NCBI RefSeq assembly: GCF_000143415.4
Contig: NW_003314268.1
Location: forward strand, 325,117 to 389,116
Direction of reading: 5' to 3'
Length of the DNA: 64,000 bases
DNA from: Selaginella moellendorffii
Lineage: Eukaryota; Plantae; Lycopodiophyta
The notes beneath the pieces were generated by a model. The model saw only the letters and a list, made by a program, of their open reading frames with translations, did no database searches and was not told the origin of the DNA. Below are positions 47,229 through 59,551 of the stretch, in pieces. The position numbers and the translations under genes are program-made. Numbering within the stretch: position 1 is the first letter of the stretch; every line of letters begins with the position of its first letter.

Positions 47229-50200
47229 ATGCCACAATAGAAGAAGCATGCCAGCCAACCTCAATGGACCCGTTCTCCAGGAAAATGACTAGAACGTTGT
47301 GCTAGATTCACTAGGGACACCTCACAAGTTCAAAGTGCTGCTTTAGAGGAAGCCCACGGGGGGAGCAGTGGTGTCCAGATCCAAGTAATCGTTGATCCTG
47401 ATCCAGGTGTTAACATGCAAGAGCCAGATGGTTCTAGAGAGCATGGAATTGCGAAAGGTATCTATAGCACACAAGAAGCTGCTGGTGGTAGTGCCATAGG
47501 TGGTGGGGCAGAACTTGGTGGCAAAAATGAGGCATCTGGTGCTATAGGTGGTGGGGCAGATCAAGCAGACTTGGGATCAAATATGGCAGAGGAAATCTCA
47601 GGAGTTTGATACTTTGATGGTGTGCCACAAAGAGACACAAGCCTTTGTAGGCCAGATGTTCTTCATTATTGATGGAAACTATCGGTGGCTAGCATTTTAG
47701 AGGTGTATCCAAGAGAAGTTTCAGGACGATGACGAGTGACATATTTGTGTTCCAGTGACACTTGTGGAGCCACAGGATCGAAACCAAGCTGTGAGGCTCA
47801 ATTTGGCATATCACAAGATCAACATATAAAAATCGTTTACTAGTAACTTTTGTTCTCACCAACTATGTTACAGGCTTAATCAATTTGCTTTCCAAGCACA
47901 TACCTTGGTCCATGATATCGAGCACCTTCGGTATGTTGGCATTCTTTCTCTCGAGGAAATTCAAATGCTGTATAGTCGTGAGGTTATAGAAGCAGTTCAA
48001 GCAAAGCTTGTAGCACATAAAGGCCAAGAGTTGCTTACTTGGTATTAGGTGCCTATGGATTTTTTGGTTGCGGTCTGGGCAAAGGTATCCTTTTCTTGCA
48101 TGAACTTGTGTTTTCTACTCATAAGTTTTCCTTTTAGCCAATTCTCAAGGTAGAGCAAAATTTATATTTGAAGATTACGCAAATGACAGATGAGGTGCAA
48201 AAGAACCTTAAACTACAACAAATTAAGCAATGCATTTTGAACTCGAAGAAATCAAAGGTGAAGAAGCTACTTGCAATTGCGGACATTTGATGCGATAAAA
48301 ATTGGTTGGATTGCATTGCAAAGATATGCTCTTATGGCAATAAATTAGTCCCTTTTATCTTTCTCATTCCACTTTGAAATCTTTGTCCTTGCAGAAAATG
48401 GTAAAGCACCTGAAGAATTGATCTATAACATCGCAAAAAGCAAGCTCTCCTTCAACAAACAAACCTCTTGCTTGGAGCTCCTCAACACTTGACATCGTAA
48501 TAATGATAAGAGGTTGGAGAACAAACTTGAGAATGTGATGAAAGAGAAACTTTATATCACTTAAAGTATTGCAGCTGCTGAGGAGCTACTTCAAGCATGG
48601 GATACAAAGTTCCTTACTAGTGCCCACACCAACATAACACTTCCAAAATATGTCCAAGCTTCCCTTCAAGAGTTTGGGGATGGATGGCTTCCTGATGGCA
48701 GCTCAAGCTCCATGGATTTCAAGAACTAGCCGAGCCAACCATTTTTCCCACGCCACATGGCATATAGGTATATTGCAAGAAATTGACTTGCTTATTTAAT
48801 CATGGCTCTTTTGTAGGTAATTAAATCATTGCTTAGGTGCTCTAGTGTACACAGCAAGTGTTTTTCTCAAGCTCTTAATTGGTGGGAAGAAACTTGGTAT
48901 GTATGAACTAGAGTTCCATTGTCCCACTAAGCGGGAGCAAGAACTTTGTCCATGGTACTTGGAGTTGTGGAGGAAAATGCCATTGTCACCTTTTGATCTT
49001 GATCTCTACCTTGAGTGTCATCTAGGTTTGATGAGTAAAACTTCGTAGTAGTAACTTATGTTTCTACTTTATTGTAGAGGCACTTTTGGAGGCAATGGAG
49101 ATGCCTCAAGACAGGGATGAGATTCATATTGAGCAAACCGAAGTGGAGAACCTAGCTGAAAACTCTCTTACCCTATCTCATCCTACAACAGTTGCTCATT
49201 CCCTAGATCCTACTACCATTGCTTGTCCAGCCCTAACTACTCGAAATGTATGAAGGCAACTCCATAGTGAGGACATCCAAGAGAGTAAGAACTTGATTTC
49301 CAATGACCTTGCTTATTGTAATTTGGTTGTAGATGTCAAAGAAACCAACTAGCACTCTATATGCCGACATACAAATGCATTTTTTCCATCCCTCCCCACT
49401 GCTACAGAGGATGACCTCCAAGAGTTATTTTCATTGGCTTCACATAAACAAGTATGAAAAAAAACATGTATTAAGTTTAATATTTCCTGATTTTGAAAAC
49501 TATTCAAGTTCACCCTCTTTCTCCTACGGGAAGTGTTAGTAATGTGGAAATAGTTATTGGGGACTATTTTCAGCTTTCCAACAATGTGAGCCGAGAGTTT
49601 TCTATGTTCCATCGATGGATATGAGGATTGGGAATGAACAATACTTTCGGCATCAACCTCACATTCTTCGACTTGCCTGATGGGTTACCACCTTTACAAA
49701 GCGACACTCCATCCTGGAACATTCTTTTAACCAGACTATATTCCTCAAGTGCTGGATGTGGCATCCAAAGTGTTGCGATACGAGGGCATTATGCTAGTCA
49801 TTCTTCCCTATTCTTTATTTTGGGGAGGTCTTCTTGCAACGATGGCGGAGAATGATGACTCTAGATTAGTTGAGTTTGCATTAGGCTGCCTACTCTCAAA
49901 CATCCCGGTCAAAACAAAAGGAGCAAGTTGCCAAATCTAAAAGGTTTGCATTTCCCTATTTTTCATATCTTAAATTGATTACCTCTTTTCATTATAGGTT
50001 TTAGCATGGAACTACCATATTCTCTGCTGTTACTCTTGCCATCACAGTATTACACGAACTAATAAGCATACAGGTTTGGCATTGCTAGGATATGATCCTA
50101 GAGTTGTTTTGTCCTCCTAAAGGGATTGTGCTTAATGCTACAGCAGGTTTTGGTTCGATGGTGCTAGTGGCTAAAGAGACTAGGCATGCAGTTTTTGCAC

Positions 50201-50253
50201 TAGAGAAGGAGAGTGCATTTGAAGGTGTTCTTGGGATATTTCATAACAGGTGA
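47229..50253 (+). pseudogene. Spliced cargo pseudogene: ParB-like domain plus beta-class N6/N4 DNA-methyltransferase-like domain
   Basis: Manual translation gives MFFIIDGNYRWLAF (47656-47697, ParB-type DGNHR), GINLTFFDLPDG...SWN...VLDVASKVLRYEGIMLV (motif-IV region, DLPDG at 49670-49684) and MILELFCPPKGIVLNATAGFGSMVLVAKETRHAVFALEKE (motif X/I, 50092-50211). Many stops and frameshifts. Confidence 0.7.
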
Positions 50254-50417
50254 TAATAAAGTATAAATTTCTTATTATAGTAATTCCATCATAGTTGTGT
50301 ATATTAAGTGGATTGATGACATGGGCTATAATTTGCCATGTTATGCAAAAGCAATGGCACAAGCTTATATACAACAAAAGCCCACAATTAGAGAGCATAA
50401 TACTATACGAACTCCTC

Positions 50418-50562
50418 CATAGAATGGAACTTGGGCTTAGACCCAAGTTAAACGCAGAACAAGGACAGGCACGCAAGCAAAAGCTAGACTATGCCTCAAG
50501 TTGGTCAGCCATGCCCGACTTACCCACCCACTATCTCTACTATACATTTAGAACCCCCCACA
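50418..50562 (-). repeat. Partial LTR of the same family as 29860-30395
   Basis: catagaatggaacttgggcttagac...ctatacattt matches 30256-30390 and is followed by a C-rich tract (a minus-strand PPT-like sequence). Confidence 0.8.
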
Positions 50563-50579
50563 ACCCCCCCACCCTCCCC

Positions 50580-51800
50580 CAAAACCTTCACACAAATATT
50601 TGAAGTTAATAAACTCTTTAAGCTCATCCAAGAGATTGTTGGATAACTTTAAAAACAAGATAGAATTTACCATTCTAGATAATACATTACCCACTTTATT
50701 GACACTTCCATGCTTATACCAGATTTTAATAGACATTCCCTATAAGACTTCTTGCTAATGAGTATGCCTCAAAGATCCTTTTTGTAAGCAATTAAAGAAA
50801 ACAATTTGAGAGATGATTTATAAAGTTCAAATATAGAAAGAAAAGGTCCATAAAAAAAAGTGTACCCCTTTTCCAATCGGTTAAAAGTTTTTAGATACTT
50901 GGGTTTGAGTAGTACTAGGTGATCTCCCAGGAAGTCAAATTCAGGAGCTTACACTTTTGACAACTAAAATACTGGAGAGATTGATAGTGTAAATCTATAT
51001 GGAAGTCCCATCTATATAGATAAAGTTGCCATTCCTTCATAGTAGTAATCATAGCATATAATTCTTTATCTCAAATAAGCTAATTCTACTATGTGACATT
51101 AAATTTGTGGCTCATATATGTAAGAGGATGCCCAACTTAAAGCAAGATAGCCCTAATAGCAATGTCACTTGAAGCAAGACAACCCTAATAGTAATTGAGA
51201 CATTTACATCTATCTCAACCCATTCACTTTAGCATTTGTTGACTTCTTCAAGACAATCCTTGTTTTGATGTTTAGCCTTGTGGCAATGAAAACAATTACC
51301 CTCTACTTTATCCTTTTCTTGCTAGTCCAAATTTGTTGTCTTCATTCTTTGAGTTACAACATAGTAATGGTCGTTTCTTCCGTTGGCTAGGTGGTCATCA
51401 AGTTGACTACCCTGTAGACCATCTTGTTGACTGAGTTGACTGACAGTTTTAGTGAAAAGATATAAACCTTAGTGATAGCATTAGTTAATGTTGTTGAAAA
51501 ATATTTCTTAACCTCCATTGAGCTCAAACCTTTGATGAAACATTGCACCTTTAGCAACTCATTATAAGTGCCCATGAGATTAAGGTAAAGAGCATTTAAC
51601 TTGCGAATATATGAATTCAAAGACAAAGTCCTTTGCTTGATTTTTAGCAACTAATTCATGAGATCAACCTCTTTAAACTTCTTGACAAATGAAATGCAAA
51701 AAACTTTTATCAAATTACTCCAAGAAATTAGCTTTGGATTATCTTTTGATGTAGTTCTTTCACCATGAAGAAGCATGGTAAAATCAACTAAAGAGAACGA
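50580..51800 (-). pseudogene. Highly decayed Gypsy-like internal fragments (gag and end of RNase H)
   Basis: IKQRTLSLNSYIRKL...VQCFIKGL (gag-like) and IWYKHGSVNKVGNVLSR (RNase H C-terminal motif). Confidence 0.5.
50783..50953 (+). mobile_element. Solo LTR of the TRIM family
   Basis: TGT...ACA, reverse-complement homolog of 31903-32096, 5-bp TSD CTTTT. Confidence 0.8.
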
Positions 51801-52448
51801 CTCAAGGTACGGTTCATAAAATTTAAATATAAAGGGAAAGGGTATATAAACAAAAGTGCACTCTTTTTCCAATCAGTTAAAGATATTAATGTCCTAATAT
51901 TGGTTTGAGTGATTTTTTTGGTTTTGAATAATATTAGCCTCTTTGGGTTTAACTGGATAAAAATCAATTGTCACCCTACCCTCAAAAAGGTTATGAGACT
52001 AATAATTTTCCTTACCCTCAAAAAGGTTATGAGACTAATCAACCAATAGTAATCATGAACACAAGATTGATTCAAGTCTATGCTTATTAAAAATTTTAGC
52101 AACTTTGCCACACAATGACATCATCAAGAGATTTTACCTCCTCATTATGGCTATCATCACTAACATTATACTCTTTATCAGGATTTATATCCTACTCTTC
52201 TGCCATCCCAAAAGAATACTCCAACACCTACTGGCTTAAATCCCATAGGCCATGGAATGATCTCGGAATATTCCTGTGGTTGTGTCAAGAACCGGGCGAA
52301 CCCGACTGGTAGCGCCTACGACCAGCGGCGTTGCAGCTCGGCGTTTGGGATGGTAAATTCGCAGATTGGGGCGCCGAACAGAGAAATTTTCAAATAAACC
52401 CAACATTATATCCGCGCTTCTGCCCTAAAAGATTGCATTGGGGTAGCA

Positions 52449-53294
52449 ATGGCGGCTGGATTGGCGGCTATGGCAGCTGGATTGGCAAGAGGGAGTCGTC
52501 CTGTCCGGGTGAGGAAATATCACAGCGTTGCACAGCCAAGCTGGAAGGACTACAGATGCTACAAATCCCTCGTCGGCCTGCTCATGGAGCGTCTCTCTTT
52601 CCGCGTGGAATACCACATGGACATGATCCTCGACTTCTCCTTCTACCAGCGATTCGTCCGTGTCGTGGATGGCAGCGATATGCAACTCCTCAATCAGCGG
52701 ATTCGCGTCTTCAATTACCCGATTCTCTTCATGGAGAACTTCTTCATCGGGGAGGGCGATCCATACTTCGACTACCCAGGCCCGGCGCCGGGCAAGGAAT
52801 GGGTGGCGCGCCTCACCCCGCTGCTGGACGAGTGGGATCGTCTGCCAACGGAGGAGCTGTGGCCGGCGATCGAGTTTGCGCAGAGGCTGGCGTGTGCTGC
52901 CGAGAGGGACGTGTTTGCCGCGAGCGAGACGAGCTTGACAAGCTTCAAAGATTGGAGGGACGGTGTGCGCAGGGTGGCCATGGATTCCAATCTGCAGTGG
53001 GAGTGTGGGGTGTGGGATTTCGGCTTCAAGAGTCTTTCAAAATGCGTGTCGGGGAGCAAACGAGAGTACGATTTCGTGCCCAGTGACGAGCTAGACGCCA
53101 AGAGCTATTCCATTGCCAAGGACGCCCTGGAGCGAGCACAAAAGGTGGTGGAGGCCGGCGCTCCCATGGATCCGCGTTGGCTCCCGCTGGCTGTGTCGCA
53201 GCTCCCGGTTGTGACGAGGCTGGTGGAGCACCAGGGGCGGATGCTGGACGAGGCGAAGAAGCGGCCACCAGGTTCCGATCGATTTGTTAGATGA
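52449..53294 (+). CDS. Hypothetical protein (281 aa), lineage-specific family A, possible organellar transit peptide
   Basis: Long GC-rich ORF with a close paralog at 57551-58381 that preserves the frame; Ala/Arg-rich N-terminus. Confidence 0.7.
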   Translation: MAAGLAAMAAGLARGSRPVRVRKYHSVAQPSWKDYRCYKSLVGLLMERLSFRVEYHMDMILDFSFYQRFVRVVDGSDMQLLNQRIRVFNYPILFMENFFIGEGDPYFDYPGPAPGKEWVARLTPLLDEWDRLPTEELWPAIEFAQRLACAAERDVFAASETSLTSFKDWRDGVRRVAMDSNLQWECGVWDFGFKSLSKCVSGSKREYDFVPSDELDAKSYSIAKDALERAQKVVEAGAPMDPRWLPLAVSQLPVVTRLVEHQGRMLDEAKKRPPGSDRFVR

Positions 53295-53455
53295 GGACCA
53301 TGAAGTCCTGAGCCACAGATTTCTTGTCCGGGCCAAATCTACAGCGTCCTTACGACGTGGTTAGCTGTTTGGCGACGGCCGAGCTAGTGAGCGGTGCTTC
53401 GTCCCGGCTGACCGAAGTCCTGAGAGAGAGAAGAAGCCAAGTGTAGCCGGCAGGA

Positions 53456-54574
53456 CTACGGCACATTCAATGCGACAGGTGAACGCCGCGGCGGCTGTGG
53501 TGCCTGCTTGCGTTGGCTGTTCCTTGTTGATTTAGAATTTCTCGTCTTTCCTTGCTGGCGGGAGATATCTAGAATTCCTTTTCTCTGCAAAATCTTCATC
53601 ACAGCGTGGCGGACCTCGACGCTCCCCATCTCCTCGAGTTGGTGCGTTGCTTCAGCTACCTCGATCATGTGTACAGATCGCAAATCCTCGGCTGTCAAGT
53701 TGCGCTTGAAGCTTGGCTCCGGAAACCTGTAACCTGATGGACGGGCAACCAAGTTCTGTACATAGTGAACTTTCCTGTTCCTGACCCAGCGCATGTAGTG
53801 GTGATCAAGATAGACTCGGATAGCTTGCGCCGAGAGCTCTGGAAAGCAGGCCAATCTGGCTTGATAAAACAATGCCCTTGCTGTATCCACAGCCTGCCCT
53901 TGAGTGGCAGGCCAGATCCACAAAGGATCGATAGTGCATCTGTCGTGCTCGTCTTTGATAGCATATATGTTCTCCAGGCCTGCTAAAGCAAAAATGTGAA
54001 CAAACTGTGAATCCACATCTGTGGCATTTGGACGAAGATGTGTTCTCCCCATTTGAAGATGTAGAATGTGCTTCATGTTGTGAATGATGTATATATCCGC
54101 AACTTTCAAAAACTCCTCATGCATCACGATCAAAGCACCACGACATATGTCATTCTTCTCTGCTAACTCGGCTTGCAGCACATACCCAGGCGGAGGAACT
54201 GCTGTGGGATCAACACTCTCTTTGGAAACGAATCGAAACTTCCAGTTTTGTGGACTCAAGACCCTCAGCGTGCTTGCATCCACCACCATGGAGACCCGGA
54301 ACGTGTTATTAGCTATGGGTTTCTCCTGAGACGCTAACGCCAAAAGGCTTTTGCTGTACTGGGGTAGTTTGCCATACAACCAAGATGCCCATGTCAGATG
54401 CCCTTCCAGATCATGTGCGGCAATGACAGAGCTCCAAGAAGCAAAACTTCCAGAAGGCATCCGGTTGAGTTTCTGATCCTTTCCCCCTTCGTCACGCCTA
54501 GGCAATGACAGCCTGAAGCGTCGCAGTGGAGCGAAGAAGAGTAAAAGCCTCCAGCAATCCCTGTAGTGTCGCAT
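53456..54574 (-). CDS. Hypothetical protein (372 aa), family B
   Basis: Long ORF convergent with family A; a degraded paralog lies at 58635-59551. Confidence 0.6.
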   Translation of the reverse strand: MRHYRDCWRLLLFFAPLRRFRLSLPRRDEGGKDQKLNRMPSGSFASWSSVIAAHDLEGHLTWASWLYGKLPQYSKSLLALASQEKPIANNTFRVSMVVDASTLRVLSPQNWKFRFVSKESVDPTAVPPPGYVLQAELAEKNDICRGALIVMHEEFLKVADIYIIHNMKHILHLQMGRTHLRPNATDVDSQFVHIFALAGLENIYAIKDEHDRCTIDPLWIWPATQGQAVDTARALFYQARLACFPELSAQAIRVYLDHHYMRWVRNRKVHYVQNLVARPSGYRFPEPSFKRNLTAEDLRSVHMIEVAEATHQLEEMGSVEVRHAVMKILQRKGILDISRQQGKTRNSKSTRNSQRKQAPQPPRRSPVALNVP

Positions 54575-56469
54575 GACTGCAAATGCCCGAAAGAGGGAGA
54601 GAAAATCCCCTAGGGTTTAGCGATCGATGGCATCATGCAAGGAGGCGCTCAGGCTGCCGTGCTCGCGTACATTCTCTTCGTTGCGCCGGGATCACCACCG
54701 TCTTGGACTCTTGGCTAGAGTTGCCAATCGTAGAGATTCTCCAGTAGCAAAAGAAAAGGCCGTCGGAGTTTCTAATTACAAAGATGTGGCATTTACGCAA
54801 GCAACTAACAGTGGAGAGGCAAGAGAGCTCACGATCAGCTGAAGAGATGATGACGAGTTGTCGAATCAGGTAAACTACAGCTTGATCTATCGAAAGCCAG
54901 AGGAGAACAGCGTCAATGGGCTGACAATGTGCTCGTCGGCTGCCCGCTACCATCCCAAACCCCGAGTTTATAACACTACTGGTTGGCCGGGTTTTCATTC
55001 GGAAGCTCCAGCTGCGAGGATACAAACTTAAGGTAAACTCTCTTCTTCTCTCAGCATTGCCTCTACCGGGCAAGTGCTCGAGGCATTTTGTTTCCTCTTG
55101 CTAAATTTTGTGAAACTAATTTTGTCAGTACGAAACGCTGGAGATTCTACCTCGCTCGGTGGGCGATTTGGGAGGGCCGGAGACGCTGGAAGCAGCGGTC
55201 CAAGGATGCAACAAGATCATCTGCTGCGCCGCTGCACGATCGATTACCAAAGTTAACAAGTAAGGGAGTCCAAACTCTATAGGTTCGCGTTAACTTGCTT
55301 GCTCAGAAGTTCTCATGTGTTTTTGTGTGCGCAGGAATACAATCACAGGCTGACAGAAACTCGTGCTGGGCGGAGCAGCAATGGTTGTGGCGAAATTCAC
55401 CTAAACAAAAGAGGTGAAGCTTTCAGTGGCAACAGTCCCTCAAAGTATCAAGTGAAACTTGATGGAACTTTGGATGTGGATGAAAGCAACAATGCTGACT
55501 TTGCAGGTCTGTGTTTCCTCACTTTTACCAGCTTTCGTTGTTCCTGCAGCAGAGGTGGCTACGTGGACAGGTGTGAAGATTTTCCAAAGCTCTCAACCAT
55601 TTGGCAATCAAACCCGAGATGGACAATCCAGTAATCACCATGGATCTCATTCTCTCAAATGATAAGGCAAACTTTCTCAACGTGAGCATTGAAGTGATGC
55701 ATATATCGTAACTAAATATGACAAACCACGTATCCTCCCATTTCAAGCATGCACCTATAGCCACAGGAATTCAAATAGGCGATTGAGGAACTCAGCCAAA
55801 GTGATCCTTGGACAAAGTCCAAATTTCGAACTCAAATGATAGTTTCATCGAGGGAACTACTTGTCGGCATTTGTAAGCAATGGTTTCCCCACATAACCTT
55901 TTTCGATGTTTGATCTTGTGCGACCGGCACAACCTCGTACAGTAATGGTTGTGGCGAAATTCACCAAAGAAAAAGAGGTGAAGCGGGTACGGTCCCTCAA
56001 AGTATTTGGTAGACTTCATCGCTCTAGAATGGTGGCCAACAATGATGACTTTGCAGGTCCGTGTTTCCTCACTTTTGCCAGCTTTCATTGTTCCTGCAGC
56101 GGAGGTGGCTACCTAGAGAAATGGTGCATGTTTTACTCTTGACAAGTGTGAAGATTTTGTGGTTCCCTTATATCCCCGAAACTGCTTCTAGAAACGAAGA
56201 CTCACCTCTTTTGAGCCGGAACCCAATATAGCATATTCAGGCTAGGCGCCAACTTCAAAATAGTCATAACCTTCCTCTTCTCTCGGTCCCATGGATGCTT
56301 GCGTTTGGCTCCCAGCCTCTTTTTTCTCGGGACTAAGCTCGAGATACATCGGGATACATGCAATGACAAGAATGTAGACTTCAATTTGTGATTTATCATG
56401 TTACCCCAAACCTCTAGTTTAAAAGTTTGGGCGAATATTCAGATCCCTAATCCCTATTTGGCGGCACTG

Positions 56470-56965
56470 GCGAGAAGGGATCTGACCGTATTACAGCGTC
56501 GCTGAGCCAAGCTGGGAACTACAGATGCTACAAATCCCTCGTCGGCCTGCTCCTGGAGCGACGCGTCGAATACCACATTGACATAATCCTCGACGTCTGA
56601 GCTTGATCTCCTCTACTGGTGTCCCGACTGGCAGCGTCTACTACTTCATACCGAATCTCTTTTGGGAGAACTTCTTCATTAGGGAGGCCGATCCATACTT
56701 CGACTACCCGGGTCCGGCGCCGGGCAAGGATATGGATGCCGCGCCTCTCCCCGCTGCTGGACGAGTGGGACGATCTGCCGACGGAGGAGCTGTGGCCGGC
56801 GATGGAGTTTGCGCGGAGGTTGGCATGTGCAGAGGGACGTATTTGCCGCGAGCGAGACGAGCTCGACAAGCTTCACAGAGTGGAGGGACGGTGTGCGCAG
56901 GTGGCCATGGATTCTAATCTGCAGTGGGAGTGTGGGGTGTGGGATTTCGGGTTCAAGCCTCTCTT
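56470..56965 (+). pseudogene. Family A pseudogene fragment
   Basis: ENFFIREADPYFDYPGPAPGK and LDEWDDLPTEELWPAMEFA occur in shifted frames. Confidence 0.85.
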
Positions 56966-57550
56966 CCCGCTTTTCTTTCGTTCGTAATATATTGCGGAGA
57001 AAGACAGATTGAGAGGAACACTTCTTCGTTTTCAGGCTCGGACAGCACACAAGTGAATGACCATAACTTTTGTACACCCTTTCTATACAAGCTGTATCAT
57101 AAATCTTGCATAGAGCATTGTATTTTCGTATCTGTCTACAAAGCCGCTCAGGCTCAGTACAAACTCGTGCCATGGTGGGTGGAGCAGGTTTGTGGCGAAA
57201 TTCAGCAAGGCAAAAGCTAGAGGTGAGGTGAAACTTTCAGCATGCCGACTTCTGACAACCAGATCATGCGCAATCATATATAATATACTCTGCTGATCCC
57301 GAGAGAGTTAACGAGTCCAAAATCTATCAACGCAACCTTCGACCGCTGCTCTCAGCGCCAACGAGGCAGCCTCCAAAGGGTCGGGATCAACATTTCGTAC
57401 CAAGCCAAAGAATTTAGCAAGGAAAACTAATGCCTCAAACAGTTGCCCATTTGAGGCAAGTGCTTAACTTTGTATCCGGAGAAAACCAATGATAGCACCT
57501 GTAAACTAAAATTCCAAAACTTGCTTCCGCCCTAAAAGATTAGTAGTACA

Positions 57551-58381
57551 ATGGTGGCTAGATTGGCGGCTGGTATGGCGGCGTTGGCGAGGAGGAGTCG
57601 TCCAGTCCGGGTGAGGAGACATTATAGCGTCGCACAGCCAAGCGATGACGATTACGATTGCTACAAATCCCTCGTCGGCCTGCTCATGGAGCGTCTCTCT
57701 TTCCGCGTCCAGTACCACATGGATATGATCCTCGACTTCTCCTTCTACCAGCGCTTCGCCCGTGTCGCAGATGGCAGCGACGCCCACGTCTTCAATTACC
57801 CGATTCTCTTCTTGGAGAACTTCTTCATCGGGGAGGGCGATCCATACTTCGACTACCCAGGCCCGGCGCCGGGCAAGGAATGGGTGGCGCGCCTCACCCC
57901 GCTGCTGGACGAGTGGGATCGTCTGCCAACCGAGGATCTGTGGCCGGCGATGGAGTTTGCGCAGAGGCTGGCGTGTGCTGCCGAAAGGGATGTATTTGCC
58001 GTGAGCGAGACGAGCTTGACAGGCTTCAGAGATTGGAGGGACGGTGTGCGCAGGGTGGCCATGGATTCCGATCTGCATTGCGAGTGTGGGATGTCAGATT
58101 ACGGCTTCAAGAGTCTCGCAAAATGCGTGTCGGGGAGCAAACGAGAGTATGATTTCGTGCCCAGTAACGAGCTAGACGCCGATAGCTATTCCATAGCCAA
58201 GGACGCCCTGGAGCGTGCACGAAAGGTGGTGGAGGCTGGCGCTCCCAGGGATCCCAGTTGGCTCCCGCTGGCTGTGTCGCAGCTCCCGGTTGTGACGAGG
58301 CTGGTGGAGCACCAGGGGCGGATGCTGGACGAGGCGAAGAAGCGGCCACCTTGTTACATGCGGCCACCAGGATTTGGATAG
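57551..58381 (+). CDS. Hypothetical protein (276 aa), family A paralog
   Basis: Colinear with 52449-53294, with in-frame indels only. Confidence 0.7.
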   Translation: MVARLAAGMAALARRSRPVRVRRHYSVAQPSDDDYDCYKSLVGLLMERLSFRVQYHMDMILDFSFYQRFARVADGSDAHVFNYPILFLENFFIGEGDPYFDYPGPAPGKEWVARLTPLLDEWDRLPTEDLWPAMEFAQRLACAAERDVFAVSETSLTGFRDWRDGVRRVAMDSDLHCECGMSDYGFKSLAKCVSGSKREYDFVPSNELDADSYSIAKDALERARKVVEAGAPRDPSWLPLAVSQLPVVTRLVEHQGRMLDEAKKRPPCYMRPPGFG

Positions 58382-58634
58382 ATTTGTTATACGAGGACCA
58401 TGAAGTTCTCCACAGATTGCTTCAATAATTGGCTGGCGTCCTCCAAATCCACAGCGTCCTTGGCTGTTTGGCGATGGTGCCTGTAATCAAGATGGCGAGA
58501 GGCGAAGGGATTCATCCAAGTACTGCTCAAGCGCTCGGGGCGTGTGGAGGCGGTGGACTACGGTCGATTGTCCATCCAGGGGGCCTGGCCATCCTCAACG
58601 CCTGCGAGAAGAAGTCAAGTGTAGCCGGCAGACA

Positions 58635-59551
58635 TCAATCTCTGAGACAGATGACCGCTGCGGCCGTGGTGCGGCCCGGCGTGTAGAATTCCTCATCTGT
58701 GTTAGATCTTCCTCGCCAGAAGATATCAATTCCTTCTCTCCGCAAAATCTTCATCACAGCTTGATCGCGAATCTGGAGGCTTTCCATCTTCTTCAATTGC
58801 CCGGTCACTTCAGCTGCCTCGATCATGTGTACGGACTTCAAATTCTCGGCTGTTAAGTTGCGCTTGAAGCTTAGCACGGGTAAGCTGTAATCTGATGGGT
58901 CGGCAATCAGATGCTGCATGGGCCCAGCGCATGTAGGAGTGATCAAAATAGACTCGGTGGTGTGCGCCGAGAGCAGGCTGTTTGAGCTTGATACACCAAT
59001 GCCATATCCACAATGGATCAATAGTGGATTTATCGTTCATGCCATGTGCCATTTATGCTCTTGAAGCCTGCTAAACTCAAAATGTGAGTAAACTCGTTTA
59101 ATGAGGATGTGTTCTTCTCATTTAAGCATGCAAGATGTGCTTAATATTGTGGCAGATGTATATTTCAACAATTTTTAAAAATTCTTCATGTATCAATCCG
59201 TGACAGATGTCATTTTCCTTTGCTAACCCTGCCTGAAGCACATACCCATGTGGGGGAACAGCTGTGGGATCGACACACTCTTGCGAAACAAATCGAAACA
59301 TTGACCCCCAAGACCCTCAGCGTGCCTTCATCCACCACCATGGAGACCCGGGACGTGATCTTAGCTATGGGTTGCAAATGCCAAAAGGCTTTCGCTGTAC
59401 TGGGGCATTTTGCCATACAGCCAAGACGCCCTTGCAAAATCCCCTTCCAGGTCACTCGCTGCGATGACAGAGCTTCGAGTTCATTCAGCCCCCTTCCTCA
59501 TGCCTTAGCCTAAACCGGCGCAGTGGAGTGAAGCGGAGAGAAAGCCTCAAG
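58635..59551 (-). pseudogene. Family B pseudogene
   Basis: SRVSMVVDEGTLRVL and SFKRNLTAENLKSVHMIEAAE match the 372-aa ORF but with frameshifts. Confidence 0.8.

Larger units (their letters stand above)
34024..50417. mobile_element. MULE copy 3: transposase pseudogene (-) and divergent ParB/MTase-like cargo (+), interrupted by a Gypsy element; boundaries tentative
   Basis: TGAGCTCA subterminal motifs at 34023-34068. Transposase pieces at 34250-34514 and 42497-45652 are colinear with copy 1. The LTR-family sequence that stops near 34023 resumes near 50418. An N gap separates the two genes. Confidence 0.5.

Noticed and set aside
52331-53086. 251-aa overlapping ORF
   Set aside because: It is an alternative frame of family A; the A frame is the one conserved from start to stop between paralogs.
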